Source of the DNA: Promethearchaeia archaeon
GTDB lineage: Archaea > Asgardarchaeota > Lokiarchaeia > Sigyniarchaeales > SOKP01
Assembly (NCBI GenBank): GCA_029856155.1
Contig: JAHQWL010000071.1
Coordinates: forward strand, 1 to 23,408
Direction: 5' to 3'
DNA length: 23,408 nucleotides
Shown here: positions 1 through 7,506 of the stretch, in pieces
How the letters are laid out: each line of letters begins with the position of its first letter
Position numbering within the stretch: position 1 is the first letter of the stretch
Notes under the pieces: generated by a model
Databases searched by the model: none
The model's input: only the letters and a program-made list of their open reading frames with translations
Told to the model about the DNA's origin: nothing
Made by a program: the position numbers and the translations under genes

Positions 1-1
1 G

Positions 2-832
2 AATAAGCTTATTCGGGATATTACACACCTAATGAATGATTATGACACAGCAGAAGTGAGTAGATTATTCTTCAATTTCATTGAGGATCTGTCTACATGG
101 TACATCAAACACAGTAGAAATCGATTTAAAAGTGAGATTATAAATGAAAAACTATCAGCGATGAATGCACTGTCGTATACGCTGTATAATTTGTCAAAAC
201 TCTTAGCTCCTCTAACTCCTTTTATTTCAGAGATAATATACAAGAAATTGATAGAAAAAGGAAGTGTAAATTTTGAATCCGTCCATTTAGAGTTTTGGCC
301 AGAATTTGATGAGACATTGATTAAAAGCGAAGTTCTAAAAAACATGGAATTAACAAGGGAAGTGGTAAAAAGATCCTTAGAATTACGAGAAAATTCTAAA
401 ATTCCAGTTAGGCAGGTTCTAAATGGGGTTACATTAAAAGGAGTGAATCTTGAAAAGAAATATTTAGATATTATAGCAGAAGCAATAAATGTGAGAAATG
501 TAAATATTGAAAAGGGAGAAGAATCTGAACTATTAGTAGAAATAGACACAAAAGTCACCCCAGAGTTAAAATTAGAAGGTATAGCTAGAAATTTAATTAG
601 GCATTTGAATAATTATCGAAAAAAACTGAATCTATCAACGAAAAATAGGATTAATTTATATTTGAAAACAAGCGATAAAGAGATAACAGAAGCTCTTGAA
701 AAACATAAGGAGAAAATAAAGAAGATGATACAAGCGGATTCAATCATTCAAAATCTGCAAGGGAAAGAAATTATAAAGGATTTTAAAATTGAAAATACCA
801 TTGTTAAGGCTTACATTGAGATAAAGGATTAA
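2..832 (+). CDS. ileS: Isoleucine--tRNA ligase, C-terminal part (5' end lies outside the window)
   Basis: Frame is open from base 2 (NKLIRDITHLMNDYD...). Anticodon-binding domain motifs LSTWYIK.SR.RF, LAPLTPFISE.IY and ESVHL..WP are present. The C-terminal EGIAR.LIR..N.YRK..L...RI segment is typical of archaeal/eukaryote-type IleRS. Confidence 0.92.
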   Translation, partial: NKLIRDITHLMNDYDTAEVSRLFFNFIEDLSTWYIKHSRNRFKSEIINEKLSAMNALSYTLYNLSKLLAPLTPFISEIIYKKLIEKGSVNFESVHLEFWPEFDETLIKSEVLKNMELTREVVKRSLELRENSKIPVRQVLNGVTLKGVNLEKKYLDIIAEAINVRNVNIEKGEESELLVEIDTKVTPELKLEGIARNLIRHLNNYRKKLNLSTKNRINLYLKTSDKEITEALEKHKEKIKKMIQADSIIQNLQGKEIIKDFKIENTIVKAYIEIKD

Positions 833-909
833 CTTATATTTAAAGAAGTAGAAGAAAGATCCTAAAATCTTTCGTAAAATTCTTATTTTTACTTAGTCTT
901 TATTATTTT

Positions 910-2334
910 ATGCTTAAAATCTATAATACCATGACTCGGCAAAAGGAAGTTTTTAAACCGATAGAAGAAGGTCGAGTTAGAATTTATACTTGTGGACAGA
1001 CTGTATACGATGATGTGCATATCGGTAATGCTAGAACTTATAGCTCATGGGATGTAGTTATTAGATACTTACGATATAAGGGCTATGATGTGTTCCATGT
1101 TCAAAACTTCACTGATGTCGGTCATTTGACTGATGATGCTGACCAAGGAGAAGACAAAATTGAAAAAAGAGCAAAAGAAGAAAAAATTAATCCCTGGGAG
1201 CTTGTCGATAGACAAATTCAAGAGTATTGGCAAGTAATTGATGATTTAAACATTCAAAGACCGAATATCTCCCCTAGAGCAACAGCTCTTATTCCTGATA
1301 TGGTTGAGATTATTCAAATTTTACTAGAAAAAGGTTATGCTTATGAAGTACAAGGAAATGTATATTATGATACTAAAAAATTTGAAGATTATGGGAAACT
1401 AGCAAGATTAGAGCTTGATGAAGAGAAAGCACAAGCACGTGTAGACCAAGATCCATTGAAAAAGAATTACTTTGATTTTGCTTTATGGTTAAATGCACGA
1501 AAAGGCGATCAAATCCATATTATGAGATGGAATTCACCATGGGGAGAGGGGTATCCTGGATGGCACCTTGAATGTTCAGTCATGGGCATGAAATTCTTAG
1601 GAGAGACATTAGATATTCACTGTGGAGGAATTGATCATATTCCTACTCACCACCCAAATGAAATTGCTCAATCTGAAGCTGCTACTGGAAAAAAGTTTGT
1701 TAATTGGTGGATGCATGCTGAATTTATCACGTTAAATGGAAAAAAAATGAGTAAAAGCCTTGGAAACTATGTCACCGCTCGAGAATTAATTGATGAACAT
1801 GGAGGACTCGTTGTGCGAATGGGACTTGTATCTGGACATTATCGGTCTGCAGTAGATTGGAATCCTAAAGTTATTGAAAATGCTAAGAATAATATTGAAA
1901 AAATAAGAAATTGTTTAACCGCAATTGAACACTCCCCTGGAGGAAATGAGGAAACTCTTGAAAAAGCAATAGAAATTGTTAAATTCAATTTTGAGGAATC
2001 AATGGATGACGATTTTAACAATCCAAAAGCTCTCGCAGCTATCTATGAGTTTATTAAAAGCATTAATAGTTCCTTAAATAATACAAAAGAATTACTAATC
2101 AAGGCAAGAGATACGCTACTTGAGCTTCTTGGAATTTTTGGTCTTGATTTCACTAAGAAAGAAAAAGGTGCTGATATAAAGTTTAATGACCTAATAGATC
2201 TTATTATAAATATACGTGAAAAAGCAAGAAAAGAAAAGAATTATGTAATTAGCGATGAAATAAGATATAAATTGAGAGACGTAGGAATACAACTTGAAGA
2301 TTCTCCCGAGGGACCTCGTTGGAAAATAATCTAA
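910..2334 (+). CDS. cysS: Cysteine--tRNA ligase
   Basis: Motifs CGQTVY (canonical CGPTVY), HIGNAR, SPWGEGYPGWHLECS, HH.NEIAQSE, KMSKSLGN, MDDDFN, and C-terminal SDEIR..L...GI.LED. Confidence 0.97.
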   Translation: MLKIYNTMTRQKEVFKPIEEGRVRIYTCGQTVYDDVHIGNARTYSSWDVVIRYLRYKGYDVFHVQNFTDVGHLTDDADQGEDKIEKRAKEEKINPWELVDRQIQEYWQVIDDLNIQRPNISPRATALIPDMVEIIQILLEKGYAYEVQGNVYYDTKKFEDYGKLARLELDEEKAQARVDQDPLKKNYFDFALWLNARKGDQIHIMRWNSPWGEGYPGWHLECSVMGMKFLGETLDIHCGGIDHIPTHHPNEIAQSEAATGKKFVNWWMHAEFITLNGKKMSKSLGNYVTARELIDEHGGLVVRMGLVSGHYRSAVDWNPKVIENAKNNIEKIRNCLTAIEHSPGGNEETLEKAIEIVKFNFEESMDDDFNNPKALAAIYEFIKSINSSLNNTKELLIKARDTLLELLGIFGLDFTKKEKGADIKFNDLIDLIINIREKARKEKNYVISDEIRYKLRDVGIQLEDSPEGPRWKII

Positions 2335-2477
2335 TTTGATGCATTATTAATTATTTTTATAGATTTTACAAACAATTTTAAAAAAGTGTATTGTGGGTAC
2401 TTTTTTGTTCTTAAAATAAGAGATAGATTTTAAAAAATCAGCACACAGTTTTAATGAATGCTTTTAAAAAAAATAAA

Positions 2478-2936
2478 TTAGGGAGTTGTTAAGACTTCCC
2501 ATTTTTTATATAAACTAGGTTCTCCTCCTTTTTCAATATAATCAACATACTTTTTTAGACCATCTAAAATTGTATCTGCTGTCTTTTTATATAATTTTGA
2601 GAGTTTCTTGTCCTCGAATTCGGTCCAAATTGTCACTTCTGTTTGATCAGCTTTAGGAGATAAAATATATCCAATTGAATTCATATCACCTTTCTCCGTA
2701 TACCATATAGTACTCTTGTTTTCATCATTTTGAGTTTTATTTATTATGATCCCCCCCAGATCTGTGTCTAGTTGGAATTTTCCTTCTTCAATAGGCATTA
2801 CCGCCGTTACGCTAGGATTCCATTTCGGCGTATTCAAACCGTCTGACACAACTTTATAAATATTTTCAGGAGTAGATTCAATTTTGATTTTTCTTTCTAA
2901 TTTTGGCAAAAAATTCACCTTATTCTGGAAATCCAC
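2478..2936 (-). CDS. SRPBCC/START-like (polyketide cyclase/dehydrase fold) protein
   Basis: N-terminal I.I..TPE.IY..V.D....PKWNP motif, beta-rich middle, and C-terminal helix ending LDGLKKYV. GTG start. Confidence 0.75.
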   Translation of the reverse strand: MDFQNKVNFLPKLERKIKIESTPENIYKVVSDGLNTPKWNPSVTAVMPIEEGKFQLDTDLGGIIINKTQNDENKSTIWYTEKGDMNSIGYILSPKADQTEVTIWTEFEDKKLSKLYKKTADTILDGLKKYVDYIEKGGEPSLYKKWEVLTTP

Positions 2937-3111
2937 ATAAATATATGATGTATTGTTTTATATAGATTTGTATAATTTTTAGATGTAAAATTTACAATAC
3001 AGTAAAGAAATATAAAGAATCATTAAAACCATCAAAAATTAATTTGCAATTTAGACATTTTAAAATTAAATAAATTAAATAAAAATAGTATTAAAAAATT
3101 AAGAGAATAAA

Positions 3112-4845
3112 TTATTTCTGAATTGCCTCTAACAACTTTTCAATCTCAGCTTGGATGACTTCGGGCTTTTTCGCCGTTTGACCGGCTATAGCTAATTGGC
3201 GCTCTATAATAGGTCTGTGAAGTGTGTTCATCGCACAGAAGGGTACTTCGCGAACTTTGCTAGGATCCTCCGGATCGATGACTCCATAATGAACAAGACA
3301 TCTGCATACTCTATCGAGGTCGAAATTGTAAGCATCTTGAAAATGCATCGATGACACCATTAGGTTGCGGTCGTTGAAGAATTTCCCCGCCGATTTTAAG
3401 TTTGGAGCCATTACTAACCGAGCGAATGCTTGATATGTTTTACTGGTAAGAATCTTTTCTGGACTTTTAATATATCGTGCTGCTCCAGCAAAGAAATATG
3501 CCTTCATAACTTGCCGATAACCTAAGCTAGTCATATCATCAACAAAATTTCCAATTTTGGAAGCTAGTTGCCCAAAATCGTCTAAGTTAATACCTTTCAA
3601 TAATCCAGTAGGTTTTGGGACTTCTTGTTTCTCTACCATATCCCAAACTTGATTAGCCCATCGAATCAATCCTTCCGCTTTAAAAAAGTTTTCGATAGGC
3701 TCCCACTCATCTTTTTCATTAATAACACATATCGTTGCAAATCCACAATCGCTATGGCTCGTCATGCTGAATGGTGGCATATCGTCAAACCAAGCTAGCA
3801 ATTTTGTAAACTTCGCTGTGAATGCAATTGGGTAAAACTTTTTTACTGAGCCATTTGTATACTTATTAATTGCTTCTTTTAGATCAGAAGTAGTGTATCT
3901 AATATCCATTAATTCTTCGAAGCTAATACGTCCTGTTAACGAGACGGGTTGGAAAATAAGGCCTGATACTACATCACAATTATTTTTTGCAAAATCTAAA
4001 ATTTTACCAATTTCATGGTCATTTACCCCTTTAGCGATTACTGGAACTAACATAACACCATAAAAACCAAGCTTTCGAGCATGTTCAATGACTCTCTGTT
4101 TAAGTGGCCATAAATTAACGCCTCTAATCTTTTTCCATACTTCAGGATTATCTGTGGCATCAAATTGGAGATATACTGCATCCATTCCAGCCTCCATACA
4201 TTCTTTCATAAATTCTATTGATTTACCAAATCGAACACCGTTAGTAGTAACCATGACTTCTGTAAAACCTAATTCATGTCCTTTACGAATTATTTTTGGT
4301 AGATCATCTCTTACTGTAGGTTCTCCTCCAGATAGCTGGAGTAAAACCGCAGAAATAGGTTTCATGGATCTAAAATGCTCCATAATTTGTACAAGTTGTT
4401 CGAAAGTTGGTTCAACAACATAACCTGCAGCACTTGCATTCGCAAAACAAATAGGACAAGCTAGATTACAGCGATTTGTGATATCTATTAAACATATATT
4501 TGGAGCGCTTTTATGATTAGTACATAAACCACAATCATATGGACATCCTTTATCTACTTCTTTAATTCCCGATGATACATATTCGGGTTTAGTAGAATTA
4601 TTTACAGTAGAACCAATTTCATTAGTAATATTTGATTGCCATTTATATTCTTCAGGATTAATTGATAATTTATCTTTGAAGTCTCCGTGATCTTTACAAT
4701 GTTTTCGCATCATAACCCAATTTGTTTCTGGATCTACGTAAATTTCAGCCGGAAGATGTTTCATACATTCTGGACAAATACTGGTAGTTGTTCGGATAAT
4801 CTCAACGTCATCCTTTTGATTAGTTTGAATCTCTAACTCTGTCAT
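3112..4845 (-). CDS. tes: Tetraether lipid synthase (Tes / GDGT-MAS, MJ0619 family radical SAM enzyme)
   Basis: N-terminal CPEC...C..HG metal site, CPYDCGLC..H auxiliary cluster motif, radical SAM CNLACPIC, GGEPT, FQPVS..GR, H.DCG, and C-terminal MHFQDAYNFD..RV.RC.VHY...VPFC..N. Confidence 0.88.
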   Translation of the reverse strand: MTELEIQTNQKDDVEIIRTTTSICPECMKHLPAEIYVDPETNWVMMRKHCKDHGDFKDKLSINPEEYKWQSNITNEIGSTVNNSTKPEYVSSGIKEVDKGCPYDCGLCTNHKSAPNICLIDITNRCNLACPICFANASAAGYVVEPTFEQLVQIMEHFRSMKPISAVLLQLSGGEPTVRDDLPKIIRKGHELGFTEVMVTTNGVRFGKSIEFMKECMEAGMDAVYLQFDATDNPEVWKKIRGVNLWPLKQRVIEHARKLGFYGVMLVPVIAKGVNDHEIGKILDFAKNNCDVVSGLIFQPVSLTGRISFEELMDIRYTTSDLKEAINKYTNGSVKKFYPIAFTAKFTKLLAWFDDMPPFSMTSHSDCGFATICVINEKDEWEPIENFFKAEGLIRWANQVWDMVEKQEVPKPTGLLKGINLDDFGQLASKIGNFVDDMTSLGYRQVMKAYFFAGAARYIKSPEKILTSKTYQAFARLVMAPNLKSAGKFFNDRNLMVSSMHFQDAYNFDLDRVCRCLVHYGVIDPEDPSKVREVPFCAMNTLHRPIIERQLAIAGQTAKKPEVIQAEIEKLLEAIQK

Positions 4846-5189
4846 AAGAATCTATACTCTGTTGTATTTTGTTTAAAATAGTATTTTAATAAATAGTTAT
4901 TCTATTAATTAAACTTTTAAATCATTTAAATCTTATAATAATCTCTATAGTATTATCGATATTATTAAAAAAGATTAAAAATCTTAATAAAATTGAAAAT
5001 TAAGTTTCATATTTTAATCTTTTTAAATGGAAAATATAACCATTAACTTTAAATTCTAAATTGCACAAAAAATTGGAAATTAATTATATTTTAATTCTTA
5101 ATTATCTTAAATTAATTCTAAAATTTCTTTAATTACTCCTTTTTAATGTATTTATTATTTATTAGGGAATAGATTTTTAAAAGAAAGGG

Positions 5190-5310
5190 TGACTCCTAGC
5201 CTACGAGACGCAAATAAGCGTCAAAAATAAAATAGGGGGAGGAGGGCGAAATCAGAGTGTAAGAATTTACACTACCAAAAGACAAAAATCCAGGGTGTAG
5301 GCAGGAGTCA
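5190..5310. ncRNA. Candidate structured non-coding RNA (~122 nt, closed multi-stem fold), family unknown
   Basis: GC-enriched island in a very AT-rich gap. Ends pair: TGACTCCT-A-GCCTAC (5190-5204) with GTAGGC-AGGAGTCA (5297-5310), 14 bp with one bulge. Internal hairpins GACGC-aaataa-GCGTC (5207-5222) and AGTGTAA-gaat-TTACACT (5256-5273). Confidence 0.6.
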
Positions 5311-5335
5311 TATTTTTAATTTTTTTTTATTTTTT
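5311..5335 (+). terminator. Oligo-T tract directly after the structured element (possible archaeal terminator)
   Basis: TATTTTTAATTTTTTTTTATTTTTT immediately 3' of the closing stem. Confidence 0.4.
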
Positions 5336-5538
5336 ATCGAATTTAAAAATTTTTATTGAATCGATATTTATGTCTGATAAATTTCAATTTTTATCTTAAG
5401 TTTATATATCATTAGGGATTTATAAATCAAATTGTTGGTGTTAGTAGGTTTTTATTATTATAAATAATTAGTTGATAATAGAAGATAAAAGTAAAAAGAG
5501 TTTTTTTAATTATACTACATAATATACTTTATTCAATC

Positions 5539-5931
5539 ATGACATACATCAATAAAGAACAAACAGTAGGAAGACCAGAACCAGAATTTAAAATTGATAT
5601 CTTTACAGTATTTTGGTTAATTGTAGGATTTATCGTATCTTGGTTAAATATGTTGGTTATTTTAACCTCAATGGAGATTTGGTCTTATTTAACAATAATT
5701 TTTACGACAATTATCCCTACGGTCATTATTGCTCTAAAGAATCGGGTCTGGGGGTATGGGTACTTATTCGGATTTTCGAGTGCTGGAATTCCTTTCTCCT
5801 TTTTCAAGCCCCCCTATGGAGATCTTTTTATTGGATGGTATACTTTTGCGACATCTTTATTTATTTTTGTAATATTATGGTTAATTTTTTGGAAAGCCTG
5901 GAGATCCTTATCATCAATTAAACAAGTATAA
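5539..5931 (+). CDS. Small integral membrane protein (~4 TM), function unknown
   Basis: 130 aa with four hydrophobic segments, ATG start and an upstream TATA-like TTTAATTATA. Confidence 0.75.
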   Translation: MTYINKEQTVGRPEPEFKIDIFTVFWLIVGFIVSWLNMLVILTSMEIWSYLTIIFTTIIPTVIIALKNRVWGYGYLFGFSSAGIPFSFFKPPYGDLFIGWYTFATSLFIFVILWLIFWKAWRSLSSIKQV

Positions 5932-5973
5932 AAAAGAAAAAGTAAAAGCAGAAAAAGCAATTAAAATAATGAT

Positions 5974-6180
5974 TTATAGTATAATTAATTGCTTGCATTT
6001 AATACATAATTTTCCTTCCAGTTTTGCTTTTTTTGCACATACCAAACAATAATTAGTTTTACAAGCGGGACAAGTGTATGTATCTCCTTGAATATCGCCC
6101 TTATGGAAAAGGCAAAAATTGTCCCCTATTTTAAAAGATGGAGGGAGTGCGGGTGGAGGTGGTGTTTTTTTATCTCTCAT
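5974..6180 (-). CDS. Small polyproline + RING/FYVE-like zinc-finger protein
   Basis: TPPPPALPP followed by C-x2-H-x10-C-x2-C-x4-C-x2-C-x10-C-x2-C (8 potential Zn ligands). Confidence 0.75.
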   Translation of the reverse strand: MRDKKTPPPPALPPSFKIGDNFCLFHKGDIQGDTYTCPACKTNYCLVCAKKAKLEGKLCIKCKQLIIL

Positions 6181-6266
6181 TAGATCACGGATAATTTAAT
6201 GATTTTAGATTAGATTTAAACTTAAAAGGTTATAAAAATGAAGCATATAATTGAGAGTTTACATTT

Positions 6267-6728
6267 TTATATTAACGAGGGAACTTCTTCAATTAGAACA
6301 CTAATAACATTTGCTACAGACATAAATTTTTCTTTAATCATATCAAGAGTTAATTGTCCAGAGTCTACTATATCTCCAATTAAATAAGTCTCATAAAAAC
6401 ATTTTTCCATTTCATAACATAATCCCGTTGTGTGTAAGATTTCTTTGCTTAGGTTCAATTCATTTAATACATTAGATATTCCTTTTACGAGTTCTGGTGA
6501 AAATTCTTTTAGTTTTACGAGAATTTTCTTAATATTTTTATTTTTAGTCGGAAAACAGCTTATTTTAACAACATCTTCACGAGAAATGAAAATTAGTAAA
6601 TAATAGGGTGAATCTAATATTTCTTCTTTAATTTCAGTAGGAAATATAGGATTAGTATTCAATTCTTTATCGTTTACAATTAGCCCTATCGAAATTTTAT
6701 TTTTTTGAGTAGGATTATCTGTTTCCAT
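6267..6728 (-). CDS. Putative ACT-domain protein with AbrB-like N-terminus
   Basis: The C-terminal half has a beta-alpha-beta-beta-alpha-beta pattern (ILVKL...PELVKGISNVL...ILHTTGLC...FMSVANVISV). The N-terminal IFPTEIKEEI resembles the AbrB I.IP.EIR motif. ATG at 6728 is preferred over TTG at 6737. Confidence 0.55.
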   Translation of the reverse strand: METDNPTQKNKISIGLIVNDKELNTNPIFPTEIKEEILDSPYYLLIFISREDVVKISCFPTKNKNIKKILVKLKEFSPELVKGISNVLNELNLSKEILHTTGLCYEMEKCFYETYLIGDIVDSGQLTLDMIKEKFMSVANVISVLIEEVPSLI

Positions 6729-6997
6729 TATTATCAAAAACCTAAAGGTAATTAAAAGTTATATTTGAGTAAAGATATATAAAGTTTTTTTCTATTTATT
6801 TTTATTTTTTTACATTGTTTATATAGTTATGTTTAAGGTGTTTTATAATCCTCAAATATTCAACTAATAATCGCACTTATTATTTTTTTATATTTAAAAA
6901 TGGGGTATTACTAAGATATTATTTGTATTTTATATCCAAATCCAATTTTCTTTACATAAGATCTTTATAAATTAATTTTTTTAATCAAGCTATAATT

Positions 6998-7495
6998 ATG
7001 GGTTTTCAAAATAATTTTAGGGAAATTAGAAATAAATTTGGATTTGAACTTGATAAGTTTAATTCTCAAGAGTGTAGATTTCATGCCATATATTTCATAG
7101 ATTATGAAACTGGTGCTTTACTTGTTAGTAATAGATATACAGATAGTTTGAATTTTTTAAAGGATGATTTAATTAGTAGTTTTTTAAATGCAATAAATTT
7201 ATTTATTAATGAAATTAATGAAGGTTCTAATGAAGAACTTCAAGATATTAATTTTAAAGGTACAAGAATCTTATATGAAAGGGAAGGGCGTCTTTTAGCT
7301 ATAGCCATTACAAAAAAAACTAACTTACAAATGGAAAGAGGGATTCTCCGAGAGATAATGGAAGATTTCTATATCAGATTCAAAAATTTCATTGATAATT
7401 TTAACGGTGCAATAACGCCCTCAATTAGAGACTATAAAAAAAGATTAAAAAGTATGAATTTAAACTCACTATTCAAATTCAATATTCAGATTTAG
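6998..7495 (+). CDS. Stand-alone longin-domain protein (Asgard eukaryotic-signature type)
   Basis: AIYFID.ETG.LLVS..Y, DLISSFLNAI..F..EI, three short beta-strands (DINF..TRILYE...LLAIAIT), then helix ILREI...F..RF...I..FNG. Confidence 0.75.
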   Translation: MGFQNNFREIRNKFGFELDKFNSQECRFHAIYFIDYETGALLVSNRYTDSLNFLKDDLISSFLNAINLFINEINEGSNEELQDINFKGTRILYEREGRLLAIAITKKTNLQMERGILREIMEDFYIRFKNFIDNFNGAITPSIRDYKKRLKSMNLNSLFKFNIQI

Positions 7496-7506
7496 GATAA
7501 TTATGA

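Noticed and set aside
4846-5188. AT-rich tract as a replication origin
   Set aside because: No convincing repeated ORB boxes and no orc1/cdc6 gene in the window.
5189-5311. Element as tRNA, 5S rRNA, Y RNA, c-di-GMP riboswitch or MITE
   Set aside because: No T-loop or anticodon cloverleaf, no 5S motifs, and no Ro-binding GGUCCGA/bulged-C helix. GACGCAAA alone does not give the riboswitch fold. No target-site duplication flanks the inverted ends, although a MITE cannot be fully excluded from one window.
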